Shown here: piece by piece, positions 19,057 through 29,475 of the stretch | How positions within the stretch are numbered: the stretch's first letter is position 1 | How the letters are laid out: every line of letters begins with the position of its first letter | Source: Candidatus Bipolaricaulota bacterium | Lineage (GTDB): Bacteria; Bipolaricaulota; Bipolaricaulia; M55B111 | Direction of reading: 5' to 3' | DNA length: 62,202 nucleotides | Assembly (NCBI GenBank): GCA_018335015.1 | Contig: JAGXKX010000003.1 | Coordinates: 1 to 62,202, forward strand | Notes under the pieces: model-generated | The model's input: only the letters and a program-made list of their open reading frames with translations | Told to the model about the DNA's origin: nothing | Database searches by the model: none | Made by a program: the position numbers and the translations under genes

Positions 19057-21186
19057 ATGATAATGACGAAACAGAAGACAGACGAAATCGTGGACGAAGA
19101 AATTAGGGACGAGGAGCTCGAGGAAATGCGGAACATCGGTATCATGGCGCATATCGATGCAGGAAAGACTACTGCTACGGAACGGATGCTCTATTATTCC
19201 GGTCGAACCTATAAGATAGGAGAAGTCCACGATGGGGACGCCGAAATGGACTGGATGGATCAGGAAAAAGAGCGGGGAATAACTATTACTTCCGCCGCTA
19301 CTACCTGTTACTGGCAGGACCATCAGATTAATATTATCGACACTCCCGGCCACGTGGATTTCACTGCCGAGGTAGAAAGGTCGCTCCGGGTTCTGGACGG
19401 AGCGGTGGCTCTTTTCTCCGGCGTTGAAATGGTTGAATCCCAGTCGGAGAAGGTCTGGCGCCAGGCGGATCGATACAACGTACCAAGGATTGCCTTTGTC
19501 AATAAACTGGACAGGACGGAATCTCGGTACGACAAAACGATAGAAATGATCGAGGAGCGGTTAGGGGTAACCACCCTGCCGCTTCAATTAGTTTATAGGG
19601 ACGAATCGGACAAACTGATAGGGATGATAGACCTGATTAATCCGTCGCTGATGACCTGGGACCAGGATACTGAAGGAGCGGAATACGAACGCAGTCCGAT
19701 TCCGGACGACGTGAAGGACAAAGCGGCCAGGTGGCGAGAAGATCTTGTTGAAAAAGCCGCCGAGTACGACGACGAGTTGATGATGCAGTTCCTGGAAGAA
19801 GAAGAAATTTCCCGGGATCTGCTCGTCCGAGCTATCCGTAAGGCTACTATAGTTGGTTCGTGTGTACCGGTTTTAGGTGGCTCGGCACTGAAGAACGTCG
19901 GAGTGCAACCAATTCTGGATGCAGTTATAGATTATCTGCCAAGCCCGAATGACGTTCCGGCGGTTGAAGGTTTTCGAGTGGACGGAGATGAAGATGGTGA
20001 AAAGTTAAAGAGGTATCCTTCGCCCGAAGAGCCGCTTGCAAGCCTTGCGTTTAAGGTAACCACGGATCAGTATACCGGGACGCTAATTTATTTAAGACTC
20101 TATTCGGGAACACTAGAGGAAGGAGATAACGTATTTAACCCGAACTCGGGAAACACGGAAAGGATCTCCCGAATGTTCCACATGCATGCAAATCGAAGGG
20201 AAAGAGTGGAAAAGGCCAAGGCGGGAGACATAGTAGCCGTGGTTGGCCCTGACCATACCTCTACCGGGGAAACTCTTTGTAGCAAAGAAGATCCCATAGT
20301 TCTTCAGCGAATAGATTTCCCCGAGCCCGTTATATCCGTGGCAATAGAGCCACGGAAAGAATCTGACGAAAGCCGACTGGCCGAGGCTATCCAAAAGCTC
20401 GCCAAAGAGGATCCGACCTTCAAAGTCGAAAACGATCCGGACACAAACCAGACGATAATTTCTGGAATGGGTGAACTCCACCTGGAGATATTGACGAAAA
20501 GGCTCAAAGAGGAATTCGATGTAGAGGCTCTCGTCGGTAAACCCAGCGTCACGTATAAAGAGACACTAAGCTCGGACTCCGATATAGACGAGGAGTTTGC
20601 CAAACAGTCCGGAGGCAGGGGGCAGTACGCTCGAGTCAAGATTCACTTCCAGCCCCTTGAGCGCGGTGCCGGCTTCGAATTCGAAAACGAGGTAAAAGAA
20701 GGTAGAGTTCCCAAGGAATATATTAAATCCGTAAGAGAGGGAATCGAGGAATCCCTTGGAAATGGGCAACTGGCAGGATATAGCGTAACAGACGTAAAGG
20801 CTACTCTTTACGATGGTTCCCATCATCCCGTGGATTCTTCCGATATGGCTTTCAAAGCCGCGGGTTCGCGGGCGACTACTCGAGCGCTCAAAGGAAGTTC
20901 ACTGTTGCTCGAACCTATAATGGAAGGAGAAGTATTCGTTCCCGGGGATCACGTTGGGGACGTGATGGAAGATATTTCCAAACGTCGAGGGAAAGTGACG
21001 GGAATAGAGAGTCGAGAAGGTATCCAGCTGGTGGAATTCAGGCTTCCTCTCGCCGAGTCGTTTGGTTACGCTACGAGGCTTCGTTCCATTACGAGAGGTC
21101 GGGGTACCTATTCGTTAAGTTTTTCTCATTTTCAAAGAGTACCGGAGAAAGTAAAGGAGGAAATCTTAAATAAACGAGGTTATTAA
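19057..21186 (+). CDS. fusA: elongation factor G
   Basis: [28 protein letters not shown] and domain IV/V blocks. Short acidic N-terminal extension. Confidence 0.96.
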   Translation: MIMTKQKTDEIVDEEIRDEELEEMRNIGIMAHIDAGKTTATERMLYYSGRTYKIGEVHDGDAEMDWMDQEKERGITITSAATTCYWQDHQINIIDTPGHVDFTAEVERSLRVLDGAVALFSGVEMVESQSEKVWRQADRYNVPRIAFVNKLDRTESRYDKTIEMIEERLGVTTLPLQLVYRDESDKLIGMIDLINPSLMTWDQDTEGAEYERSPIPDDVKDKAARWREDLVEKAAEYDDELMMQFLEEEEISRDLLVRAIRKATIVGSCVPVLGGSALKNVGVQPILDAVIDYLPSPNDVPAVEGFRVDGDEDGEKLKRYPSPEEPLASLAFKVTTDQYTGTLIYLRLYSGTLEEGDNVFNPNSGNTERISRMFHMHANRRERVEKAKAGDIVAVVGPDHTSTGETLCSKEDPIVLQRIDFPEPVISVAIEPRKESDESRLAEAIQKLAKEDPTFKVENDPDTNQTIISGMGELHLEILTKRLKEEFDVEALVGKPSVTYKETLSSDSDIDEEFAKQSGGRGQYARVKIHFQPLERGAGFEFENEVKEGRVPKEYIKSVREGIEESLGNGQLAGYSVTDVKATLYDGSHHPVDSSDMAFKAAGSRATTRALKGSSLLLEPIMEGEVFVPGDHVGDVMEDISKRRGKVTGIESREGIQLVEFRLPLAESFGYATRLRSITRGRGTYSLSFSHFQRVPEKVKEEILNKRGY

Positions 21187-21188
21187 AA

Positions 21189-21497
21189 ATGGCGAGAGAA
21201 AAAATAAGAATAAAGCTAAAAGGTTATGACCACGAATTGGTTGACAGGTCGGTTGAGAAAATAGTGACTACTGCGGAAGAAACCAGAGCAAAGATTTCCG
21301 GACCGGTGCCGCTTCCAACCGAAAGGAAACTATATACTGTTCTTCGATCACCCCACGTCAACAAGACGTCTATGGAGCACTTTGAGAGACGGATACATAA
21401 TCGGTTGATCGATATACAGGAACCGACCTCGGAGACGATCAATGCCTTGATGGATATAGAGCTACCGACCGGAATCGACGTGGAGATCAAACTTTAA
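21189..21497 (+). CDS. rpsJ: 30S ribosomal protein S10
   Basis: [15 protein letters not shown]...GPVPLPT...SPHVNK. Confidence 0.97.
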   Translation: MAREKIRIKLKGYDHELVDRSVEKIVTTAEETRAKISGPVPLPTERKLYTVLRSPHVNKTSMEHFERRIHNRLIDIQEPTSETINALMDIELPTGIDVEIKL

Positions 21498-21535
21498 TAG
21501 TTAAATTGTCATCAGTTTAACTGGGAGGTTCAAAA

Positions 21536-22159
21536 ATGTTAGGGACGTTAGGGGAAAAAGTCGGAATGACTCAGTACTTTACGGAATCAGGTGCTTCTGT
21601 GGGTGCTACTGTAATAAAGTCCGAACCCGCGGCGGTTGTGCAGGTAAAGACCCTCGAGAGCGACGGCTATAACGGGGTTCAACTTGGCTACAAGGATACC
21701 GAAAAGAAAAAGTTAACCAAGCCGATGAAAGGTCATTTTGACAAGTACGGCGTTCAGCCAAAAAAGTACTTGGTTGAGTACAGAGTGGATAATCCGAAAG
21801 ACTACGACTCGGGCGATGAAATAACTGTGGAACAGTTTCAATCAGGTGAGAAAGTGGATGTGACCGGTAACTCAAAAGGAAAGGGTTTTCAGGGTGTTGT
21901 AAAGCGATGGAATTTCTCGGGTGGACCGAAGACCCACGGTTCCCGGTTTCATAGAAAGCCCGGTTCTGTCGGCATGTGTGTCGAGCCCGGCAGGGTTTTA
22001 AAGGGCCAGAAATTGCCGGGTAGAACGGGGAACGAAACCGTTACTATTCAGAACCTGGAAGTTTTAAAAATCAGCCCCGGAGATAACTTATTGGTTCTCA
22101 AAGGTTCGGTACCGGGGCCGAGAGACAATCTGATTCAGATCAGGGGTAGCAATGATTGA
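21536..22159 (+). CDS. rplC: 50S ribosomal protein L3
   Basis: GEKVGMTQYF and GKGFQGVVKRWNF. Confidence 0.97.
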   Translation: MLGTLGEKVGMTQYFTESGASVGATVIKSEPAAVVQVKTLESDGYNGVQLGYKDTEKKKLTKPMKGHFDKYGVQPKKYLVEYRVDNPKDYDSGDEITVEQFQSGEKVDVTGNSKGKGFQGVVKRWNFSGGPKTHGSRFHRKPGSVGMCVEPGRVLKGQKLPGRTGNETVTIQNLEVLKISPGDNLLVLKGSVPGPRDNLIQIRGSND

Positions 22160-22808
22160 GCTAAACGTTAAAGATAAAGAAGGCAACCTGAGTGAAGAGA
22201 TAGAGGTTTCCGATGATTTGCTTGGGCTGGAGTTTCATAACGACCTCGTTTATAGGGCGGTAAAAGCTTACAGAGCAAACGGGAGGGCCGGTACCGCCAG
22301 CACCAAGGACAGGACAGAAGTCAAAAGTTCTAACAGAAAGCCCTGGCGTCAAAAAGGGACGGGAAGAGCCAGACACGGGTCCAGAGCGTCTCCTCTGTGG
22401 AACGGTGGCGGGGTAATATTTGGCCCCAAACCGAAAGATCACGGGATGGATCTCCCCAAGAAGATGAGACACAAGGCTATCCGCAGTGCCCTTTCGACTC
22501 GATATTCCGAAGGTAATCTGGTAGTAATTGAAGAGCTGAAGTTCGAAGAACCGAAGACCAAAAAAGCTCTGTCGTTGCTGGAAGCTCTTGATTTGCCCAA
22601 GGATACTCTTATAATTTTGCCTCAGGAAGAAGAAAGTTGGAAAGTTCAAAAGTCCTTTAGCAATATTCCAGCTGCTAAATGCATCTCAACTTCCCAGATT
22701 AATGCATACGAAATTTTAAATCACGAAGGGATTTTGTTAGCCAAAAAATCCGTCGAGGAACTAACCGAGCTCTTACTGGACCGTAAACTGGAGACGCAGG
22801 GGGTCTAA
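22152..22808 (+). CDS. rplD: 50S ribosomal protein L4
   Basis: RKPWRQKGTGRARHGS block; operon position. Confidence 0.96.
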   Translation: MIELNVKDKEGNLSEEIEVSDDLLGLEFHNDLVYRAVKAYRANGRAGTASTKDRTEVKSSNRKPWRQKGTGRARHGSRASPLWNGGGVIFGPKPKDHGMDLPKKMRHKAIRSALSTRYSEGNLVVIEELKFEEPKTKKALSLLEALDLPKDTLIILPQEEESWKVQKSFSNIPAAKCISTSQINAYEILNHEGILLAKKSVEELTELLLDRKLETQGV

Positions 22809-23102
22809 ATGGAATTAAGCACGGAAGATATCGTTGTAGAGCCGGTAGTAACAGAGAATTCCTGGCGACTCCAGGAGGAAAGCAATAAATACGTTTTCAG
22901 GGTACACCCTGACGCCAATAAGGTGATGATTCGCAACGCTGTTGAGGAATTGTTTGACGTGGAAGTTATCGACGTAAATACTATGAACCTCCAAGGAAAG
23001 CCCAAAAGAGAGCAACTCAATCAGGAGAAGGGTAAGACGAGTGGCTGGAAAAAGGCCTACGTCAGGCTTGCCGAAGGGGAAAGAATTGACATATTCGGAT
23101 AG
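22809..23102 (+). CDS. rplW: 50S ribosomal protein L23
   Basis: YVFRVHPDANKVMIRNAVEELFDVEV; operon position. Confidence 0.95.
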   Translation: MELSTEDIVVEPVVTENSWRLQEESNKYVFRVHPDANKVMIRNAVEELFDVEVIDVNTMNLQGKPKREQLNQEKGKTSGWKKAYVRLAEGERIDIFG

Positions 23103-23116
23103 GTTAAGGTGAAAAA

Positions 23117-23953
23117 ATGGGAATTAAAAGGTTTAAACCCGTAACGCCTTCAAGACGTCATGCCGAGTTGACGGACTTTGAAGAATTGACGACTGACGAG
23201 CCCGAGGAATCCCTGCTGGAGCCGCTAAAAAAATCCGGCGGTAGGAATAACCAGGGAAAAGAAACAGTTCGCGGTCGCGGAGGAGGGCACAAAAGGAAGT
23301 ACAGGAAGATAGATTTCCAGCGCGACAAAGAAGGGATTAAGGGCAGAGTAATGAGTACGGAGTATGACCCGAACAGGTCCGCCTGGATTACTTTATTGCT
23401 TTACTCCGACGGCGAACGACGCTATATAATTTCCCCGTTGAAGCTTCAAGTTGGAGACGTGGTGGAAGCGGGAGATGAAGCCGAGGTCAGGCCCGGAAAT
23501 GCCCTACCTCTTAAGAAAATTCCGGCAGGAAAGCCGATTCATAATTTGGAATTTTCACCCGGTGGCGGGGGAAGGGTAGCCCGATCGGCGGGAGTTGATG
23601 CCCGGATAGTTGCCAAGGATCCCGAGGAAATTGACGTAAAGTTGCCCTCCGGGGAAATCAGGTCGTTTAATCCCGAGTGCAAGGCCACGGTTGGCCAGGT
23701 AAGTAATCCGAGCCATAAGAACGTCAAGAGCGGAAAGGCCGGACGTAAAAGACACATGGGAAGGAAGCCGAAAGTTAGAGGTACGGCCAAGAATGCCGTT
23801 GACCATCCTCACGGAGGAGGAGAAGGACGAGCTCACGTAGGCAGGCCCCCGGTCTCGCCTACTGGCGTGCCTGCAAAGGGTGGCAAGACTAGAAAGGCGA
23901 AGGGAAGTGACGAAAAGATAATTAGACGAAGGACGAAAAATAAGAGGGGGTAG
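23117..23953 (+). CDS. rplB: 50S ribosomal protein L2
   Basis: KPVTPSRR, YDPNRSA and NAVDHPHGGGEGR. Confidence 0.97.
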   Translation: MGIKRFKPVTPSRRHAELTDFEELTTDEPEESLLEPLKKSGGRNNQGKETVRGRGGGHKRKYRKIDFQRDKEGIKGRVMSTEYDPNRSAWITLLLYSDGERRYIISPLKLQVGDVVEAGDEAEVRPGNALPLKKIPAGKPIHNLEFSPGGGGRVARSAGVDARIVAKDPEEIDVKLPSGEIRSFNPECKATVGQVSNPSHKNVKSGKAGRKRHMGRKPKVRGTAKNAVDHPHGGGEGRAHVGRPPVSPTGVPAKGGKTRKAKGSDEKIIRRRTKNKRG

Positions 23954-23956
23954 TCC

Positions 23957-24244
23957 ATGCCAAGGTCAGTTAAGAAAGGACCATACGTAAAAGATAGCTT
24001 AAACGAGAAGGTCGACAAAGCGAAGAACGGCGAAATAGAGGAAATTAAGACCTGGTCAAGGGATTCTACGATATTGCCCAAAATGGTTGGACTGACGATA
24101 AAGGTTCACAACGGGAAGGATCACGTTCCGGTGGAAATATCGGAGAATATGGTTGGCCATAAACTCGGTGAATTTGCCCGTACCAGGACGTTCAGGGAAC
24201 ACGGTGGCATCAAGAAAAAAGAGCCAATTACTCCGGTAGGTTAG
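23957..24244 (+). CDS. rpsS: 30S ribosomal protein S19
   Basis: [11 protein letters not shown]...HNGK.HVPV...MVGHKLGEF. Confidence 0.97.
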   Translation: MPRSVKKGPYVKDSLNEKVDKAKNGEIEEIKTWSRDSTILPKMVGLTIKVHNGKDHVPVEISENMVGHKLGEFARTRTFREHGGIKKKEPITPVG

Positions 24245-24245
24245 T

Positions 24246-24584
24246 ATGAAAGAAGCCAAAGCTATTACCAAAAACGTAAGAATTTCCCCGAAGAAAGCTC
24301 GGCCGGTTGCCGACGCAGTTCGAGGGAAATCGGTTGACGAAGCTTTAAAAACGGTAAAGTTTTCCAAGAAGAAAGCCGCCCGGTTTCTGAAAGATACGCT
24401 AGAGTCGGCGATTGCAAATGCTCAGCACAACCACGACATGGCAGTGGATGAGCTAAAGGTTAAAGAAGCCGCGGTTGACGAAGGGCAGACTATGAAACGG
24501 ATGAAGCCAAGAGCTCAAGGTAGGGCCGATCTAATGCAACGTAGACAAAGCCATATTACAGTGATACTAGTGGAGGAAGAATAA
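24246..24584 (+). CDS. rplV: 50S ribosomal protein L22
   Basis: RISPKKARPVADAVRGKSV...RAQGRA. Confidence 0.96.
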   Translation: MKEAKAITKNVRISPKKARPVADAVRGKSVDEALKTVKFSKKKAARFLKDTLESAIANAQHNHDMAVDELKVKEAAVDEGQTMKRMKPRAQGRADLMQRRQSHITVILVEEE

Positions 24585-25240
24585 TGGGACAGAAAGTAAA
24601 TCCGGTCGGTTTTCGCGTTGGCGTTAACAAGAAATGGCAATCCAATTGGTATAGCGACGAAAAAGCCCCTGAATACGTCGCCGAAGACCACGAGATTCGA
24701 GAGTTGATCGAGGAACGTTATCGTGGTGCAGGTATAGCGGAAGTTAGTATAGAAAGACCGAGGGACGATCGAATCTCGATGATAATTGTTTCGGCGCGTC
24801 CGGGAATCATCATCGGTAAAGGGGGCAACGAGATAAACCAGTTTCAGCAGGATTTGAGTGACAAAACGGGCAGGAACGTCAATATATCGGTCAAGGAAGC
24901 CAACGACCCCCACCTGCAGGCGCAGTTAATAGCTCAGGAAGTGGCATTTCAGATTGAGAACAGGATACCGCCCAGCAGGGCTATGAAGGAAGTAATATCT
25001 CGGTCGATGAACAAGGGGGCAAAAGGCGTTAAGGTGAAGTGTTCTGGAAGAATCGGAGGGGCGAACCTGGCAAGGTCGGTATCTCAGGACGAAGGAAGAA
25101 TACCGCTTCAGACGATAAGGGCCGATATTGATTACGGATTTATCGAAGCCCGGACGAAATACGGACCGATTGGAGTCAAGGCTTGGGTTTTCCGAGAAGA
25201 ATTATTGCCCGAGGGTGTACCTGAGGGATTGAGTCTCTAA
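24584..25240 (+). CDS. rpsC: 30S ribosomal protein S3
   Basis: MGQKVNPVGFRVG and KH domain GIIIGKGG; ATGA overlap with rplV. Confidence 0.97.
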   Translation: MGQKVNPVGFRVGVNKKWQSNWYSDEKAPEYVAEDHEIRELIEERYRGAGIAEVSIERPRDDRISMIIVSARPGIIIGKGGNEINQFQQDLSDKTGRNVNISVKEANDPHLQAQLIAQEVAFQIENRIPPSRAMKEVISRSMNKGAKGVKVKCSGRIGGANLARSVSQDEGRIPLQTIRADIDYGFIEARTKYGPIGVKAWVFREELLPEGVPEGLSL

Positions 25241-25256
25241 TCGAGGATGGTAACAA

Positions 25257-25685
25257 ATGGCATTATATCCAGCTGAAACAAAACATAGAAAACAACAACG
25301 TGGCCGAACGAAAGGAAAAGCCAGCAGGGGCAATAAGGTTTCTTTTGGGGAGTACGGAATTCAGGCTAAGGACCCCGGCTGGTTGACCAGCAAGCAAATA
25401 GAAACGGCAAGGATGACCCTGGCACACGAGACCCAGCGTGACTCAAAAATCTGGGTAAGAGTTTTTCCCGATAAACCAATTACCAAGACACCTGCGGAAA
25501 CCAGGATGGGAAAGGGAAAAGGCGAACCGGCGGAATGGGTAGCAGTCATAAGACCGGGAAGAATTATCTTCGAGTTCTCGGGAGTGGACGCCGAGAAGGC
25601 AAAGCGACTTCACCAATTAGTTTCCTATAAGCTGCCGTTAAAGACGAGGCTGAAAGAAAGGATGAAGCTGGGAGGCGAAAAATGA
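25257..25685 (+). CDS. rplP: 50S ribosomal protein L16
   Basis: KHRKQQRGR, ETRMGKGKG and WVAVIRPGRIIFE. Confidence 0.96.
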   Translation: MALYPAETKHRKQQRGRTKGKASRGNKVSFGEYGIQAKDPGWLTSKQIETARMTLAHETQRDSKIWVRVFPDKPITKTPAETRMGKGKGEPAEWVAVIRPGRIIFEFSGVDAEKAKRLHQLVSYKLPLKTRLKERMKLGGEK

Positions 25686-25882
25686 GGCCCGGGGAATTTA
25701 GGGAGATGACCTCCGAAGAACTGGAAGAAAAGGTTGCCGAGTTGAAGGAAAAGCTGTTTAACCTGAGGTTTCAAAAGGCAACTGGTGAGCTGGACAATAC
25801 TGCTGAAATAAAGAAAACGAAAAAAGATATAGCTCGTGCGAAGACAATTCAAAGGGAAAGTGAGGGGGAAGAAGTGAAATGA
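25682..25882 (+). CDS. rpmC: 50S ribosomal protein L29
   Basis: LKEKLFNLRFQKATGELDN. Confidence 0.95.
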   Translation: MRPGEFREMTSEELEEKVAELKEKLFNLRFQKATGELDNTAEIKKTKKDIARAKTIQRESEGEEVK

Positions 25883-26130
25883 AAAAGACGAAAAAGGGAA
25901 GGGTAGTCAGTGCCGCGATGGATAAGACTATTACTGTAACTGTAGATACTCAGAGGCGACACCCACGGTATAAGAAGTATTTGAAGCAGCGGTCGAAGTT
26001 CTACGCTCACGACGAGGACGAGGAAGCTCAGGAAGGGGATCGGGTGCTGATTTCCGAGACCAGGCCGATAAGCAAAAAGAAACGCTGGAAGCTAAAGGAA
26101 GTACTGGAAAGGTCGGGAGGGGAAGCGTGA
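25879..26130 (+). CDS. rpsQ: 30S ribosomal protein S17
   Basis: [14 protein letters not shown]...HPRYKKY...YAHDE. Confidence 0.95.
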   Translation: MKKTKKGRVVSAAMDKTITVTVDTQRRHPRYKKYLKQRSKFYAHDEDEEAQEGDRVLISETRPISKKKRWKLKEVLERSGGEA

Positions 26131-26495
26131 TCCACCAGGAGACGGAATTGAAAGTGGCTGATAATTCAGGCGCGAAAAGGTTAAGATGTATCAACGTTCT
26201 CGGTCAATCCAACAAGAACCAGGGCGAAATAGGCGATCTGATTACCGCTTCCGTAAAGAAACGGATACCTGATAGCGATCTGGAAAAGGGAGAAATCGTT
26301 CGTGCCGTTATTGTGAGAACGGTAGGTAACTTTCGAAGGAATGACGGTTCTTACATACGGTTCGACGACAACGCGGCTGTGCTGGTTGATGACAGGATGG
26401 AGCCGGTGGGAACGAGGATTTTTGGACCGGTGACAAGAGAACTCCGAGAAGGGGATATGTTACGCATAATATCCTTGGCGCCCGAGGTTCTATAG
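26127..26495 (+). CDS. rplN: 50S ribosomal protein L14
   Basis: [17 protein letters not shown]...RFDDNA; GTG start. Confidence 0.97.
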   Translation: MIHQETELKVADNSGAKRLRCINVLGQSNKNQGEIGDLITASVKKRIPDSDLEKGEIVRAVIVRTVGNFRRNDGSYIRFDDNAAVLVDDRMEPVGTRIFGPVTRELREGDMLRIISLAPEVL

Positions 26496-26504
26496 GAGGT
26501 AACC

Positions 26505-26816
26505 ATGAGGAAGGTTCAGAAAGGTGACAGGGTAAAGGTAATTGCCGGCAACGATAAAGGTAAGGTGGGAGAGGTACTGAGCGTTGATCCAAAAAACAAT
26601 CGAGTGGTAGTAGAAAACGTAAACTTTCGATTGAAACACCAGGGAAGGACTCAGCAACAGAAGGAGCCGGGAATAATTGAGCGTGAAGAACCGATAGATA
26701 TTTCCAACGTAATGCCTGTATGTCCGTCATGTGACGAGCCAACCCGGGTGGGGTTCGAAGAGATAGCCGGTGATAAGGTTAGGGTCTGCAAGAAGTGCGA
26801 GGGGGTTCTGGATTAG
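26505..26816 (+). CDS. rplX: 50S ribosomal protein L24 (Cys4 form)
   Basis: KGDRVKVIAGNDKGKVG KOW motif. C-terminal CPSC...CKKC. Confidence 0.95.
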   Translation: MRKVQKGDRVKVIAGNDKGKVGEVLSVDPKNNRVVVENVNFRLKHQGRTQQQKEPGIIEREEPIDISNVMPVCPSCDEPTRVGFEEIAGDKVRVCKKCEGVLD

Positions 26817-26818
26817 GA

Positions 26819-27349
26819 ATGCTCAACGAAAAATACGAAGAAGAAGTAAGGGAAAGTCTAATGAATGAATTAGGCTACGATAACCCCATGGAAGTACCCG
26901 AAGTTGAAAAGGTTGTAGTAAATATGGGTATTTCGGAACATGACGACCCGAGTATAATAGACGGTGCTGTGGAAAACCTGATGAACATAACCGGGCAAAG
27001 ACCCGTAGTGACTCGCGCCCGAAAGTCAATATCGGATTTTGACATCAGAAAAGGTGTACCTGTTGGCTGTAAGGTAACTCTGAGAGGTAAAAGAGCGTAC
27101 GAGTTTCTGAATAAGCTTTATAACGTGGCTTTACCCAGCATTAGAGACTTTCGCGGTCTTTCTCCGGATTCTTTTGACGGCCGGGGAAACTACAGTTTGG
27201 GAATGGACGAGCAACTTGTTTTCCCGGAGGTTACGTTCGACGACGTTAGACAGGTACAGGGTATGGATATAACCATCGTTACCAGCGCCGAAACCGATAG
27301 AGAAGGATACTATCTCCTCAAAGAACTTGGTTCCCCATTCAGAGAATAA
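26819..27349 (+). CDS. rplE: 50S ribosomal protein L5
   Basis: MLNEKYEEEV...VVVNMG...ITGQRP...FRG. ATG 26819 lies just after the rplX stop; the track start 26795 overlaps rplX and is unlikely. Confidence 0.96.
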   Translation: MLNEKYEEEVRESLMNELGYDNPMEVPEVEKVVVNMGISEHDDPSIIDGAVENLMNITGQRPVVTRARKSISDFDIRKGVPVGCKVTLRGKRAYEFLNKLYNVALPSIRDFRGLSPDSFDGRGNYSLGMDEQLVFPEVTFDDVRQVQGMDITIVTSAETDREGYYLLKELGSPFRE

Positions 27350-27361
27350 CTGGAGGTTATT

Positions 27362-27547
27362 ATGGCTCGAAAAGCTTTGATTGAAAAGGCGGAGAAAGAG
27401 AAAAAGTACGACGTCAGGGATTATAACAGGTGTAATATTTGTGGACGTTCCAGGGGCTACATAAGGGATTTTGGTATATGTAGAGTATGCTTTCGAGAGT
27501 TGGCCCACAAGGGAGAATTGCCGGGTGTTAAAAAAGCTAGCTGGTAA
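27362..27547 (+). CDS. rpsN: 30S ribosomal protein S14, type Z (zinc-binding, 61 aa)
   Basis: CNICGR...CRVCFRE Cys4 and the W C-terminus. Confidence 0.96.
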   Translation: MARKALIEKAEKEKKYDVRDYNRCNICGRSRGYIRDFGICRVCFRELAHKGELPGVKKASW

Positions 27548-27569
27548 AGCAATACCGGGAGGAGCATAA

Positions 27570-27968
27570 ATGACAACGCAGGACCCAATAAGCGATATGA
27601 TCGCCAGAATAAAAAATTCCAGTCGGATGGGGCATGAGGAAGTTACCTTGCCCAGTTCAAACCTTAAGGAATCAGTTGCGGAAGTACTGGTTGAGGAAGG
27701 ATACGTTTCGGCCTACGAGGTAGAAGAACTGCCGGGTAACAAGAAGGAAATTCAGATAACTCTCCGTTATAACGATGGAGAACCGGTAATCGACGGTATG
27801 GAAAAGGTCAGTAAACCGTCCAGGCGTGTTTACGTTTCCAAGGAAGAAATTCCTCAGGTCCTGGATGGGCTGGGAACCGCGGTTCTCAGTACATCGCACG
27901 GTCTAATGACGGGGAAGGACGCCAGGGAGGATAGCGTTGGCGGGGAACTGTTGTTCAAAGTTTGGTGA
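27570..27968 (+). CDS. rpsH: 30S ribosomal protein S8
   Basis: DPISDMIARIKN...GGELLFKVW. Confidence 0.97.
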   Translation: MTTQDPISDMIARIKNSSRMGHEEVTLPSSNLKESVAEVLVEEGYVSAYEVEELPGNKKEIQITLRYNDGEPVIDGMEKVSKPSRRVYVSKEEIPQVLDGLGTAVLSTSHGLMTGKDAREDSVGGELLFKVW

Positions 27969-27979
27969 GGTGGATTTAG

Positions 27980-28543
27980 ATGTCTAAAGTAGGTAAGACA
28001 CCGATAGATATTCCGGAAGGCGTCGACCTGAAGGTTGAAGACGGGGCGATTACCGCAGAAGGCGAGAGCGGGCTTGAGTTCACCCAGGAATACGATCCCG
28101 ATTTTGTCACTGCGGAGATAAAAGATGACGAATTAGTGATGAGACGTAAGGCGGATAAGAAGGAATATAAAGAAAAGCACGGGCTCTATCGTAGTTTGGT
28201 TGCAAACATGGTTGAAGGTCTGGTGAACCCATTCGAGAAAATACTTGTTCTGGAAGGTCTCGGCTACCGGGTGAGAAAACAGGGAGGGAGTCTGGTTTTT
28301 GAGCTTGGTTACTCTCATCCTATTGAATATCCTCTCCCCGAGAACGTTGAGGCCGAAGTGGAGGACAACGATCAAGTTACCATCAAGGGCCCGGAAAAGC
28401 AAGTAGTGGGTCAGGTGGCTGCGGATATAAAGAGCCTTCGTCCACCGGAACCTTACAAAGGCAAAGGAATTAAGTACAAGGGCGAAGAAATAATAAGGAA
28501 AGAAGGTAAACTTTCCGGCGGGGAAGAAGCGGAGATCGGGTAG
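27980..28543 (+). CDS. rplF: 50S ribosomal protein L6
   Basis: SKVGKTPIDIPEGV...PEPYKGKGIKY. Confidence 0.96.
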   Translation: MSKVGKTPIDIPEGVDLKVEDGAITAEGESGLEFTQEYDPDFVTAEIKDDELVMRRKADKKEYKEKHGLYRSLVANMVEGLVNPFEKILVLEGLGYRVRKQGGSLVFELGYSHPIEYPLPENVEAEVEDNDQVTIKGPEKQVVGQVAADIKSLRPPEPYKGKGIKYKGEEIIRKEGKLSGGEEAEIG

Positions 28544-28597
28544 CCCGAAAGGTTTTGTGAACTAACCGTTAAAATTAGAATTTAGGAGGATACATCA

Positions 28598-28960
28598 GTG
28601 CCAAAAGTTGACAGAGATAAAAGGAGAAAGATAAGACATAAGAGGATCAGGAGCAATATCAGAGGGACGTCCAACAAGCCCAGGGTATACGTAAAGAAGT
28701 CTAATAGACATATTTACGCTCAGGCAATAGATGATATCCATAACGAAACTATTGCTGCCACCTCGTCTTTGAGTCCTGAAATTGATGAAGAGGTTGATAA
28801 CGCGACGATCGAGAACGCCAAGAAGGTTGGTTCTTTAATGGCCTCGGAACTGCTGGAAGAGGGCTATGAAAAGATAGTTTTCGATAGGGGTGGATACCCT
28901 TATCACGGGCAAGTGAAGGCACTGGCCGACCAGATGAGAGAGGAGGGACTTGACTTTTAG
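28598..28960 (+). CDS. rplR: 50S ribosomal protein L18
   Basis: RHKRIR, PRVYVKKSNRHIYAQ and FDRGGYPYHGQVKALAD; GTG start. Confidence 0.95.
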   Translation: MPKVDRDKRRKIRHKRIRSNIRGTSNKPRVYVKKSNRHIYAQAIDDIHNETIAATSSLSPEIDEEVDNATIENAKKVGSLMASELLEEGYEKIVFDRGGYPYHGQVKALADQMREEGLDF

Positions 28961-28962
28961 TT

Positions 28963-29475
28963 ATGGCAAGAAACGATAGACGAGAAGACGAATTTGATGA
29001 CAACGTAATTGACATAAGTCGGGTTAGTAAAGTTACGAAGGGTGGAAGGAATCTTAGATTCCGGGTTTTAGTTACCGCGGGGAATTACGAAGGAAAGGTT
29101 GGTGTAGGTTCAGGAAACACCGGTGAAATTCCCCAAGCCATTGGTCAGGCCGTAAGAGATGCGAAAAAGCACATAATAGACGTACCCATAGTAAATGGAA
29201 CCATTCCTCACGAAGTGACTGGGAAATTCAAAGCTGGAAAAGTCGTGCTAAAACCTGCTTATAGGGGAACGGGAATAATCGCTGGTGACGTGGTTGGTAC
29301 AATATGTAGGCTGGCCGGGCTGGACAATATGTTGACTAAGTCACTAGGAACAAACAACCCGATGACGCTGGCAAAAGCTGTTATAGAAGGTTTCAGCAGG
29401 TTGAAGACCCCGGAAAGTGTGGCCAGAAAAAGGGGTAAAGACGTAGAAGAACTTGAGGAGGCCTTCCAGGAATGA
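28963..29475 (+). CDS. rpsE: 30S ribosomal protein S5
   Basis: RVSKVTKGGRNLRFRVLV..G...G.VG.G and GTGIIAG. Confidence 0.96.
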   Translation: MARNDRREDEFDDNVIDISRVSKVTKGGRNLRFRVLVTAGNYEGKVGVGSGNTGEIPQAIGQAVRDAKKHIIDVPIVNGTIPHEVTGKFKAGKVVLKPAYRGTGIIAGDVVGTICRLAGLDNMLTKSLGTNNPMTLAKAVIEGFSRLKTPESVARKRGKDVEELEEAFQE

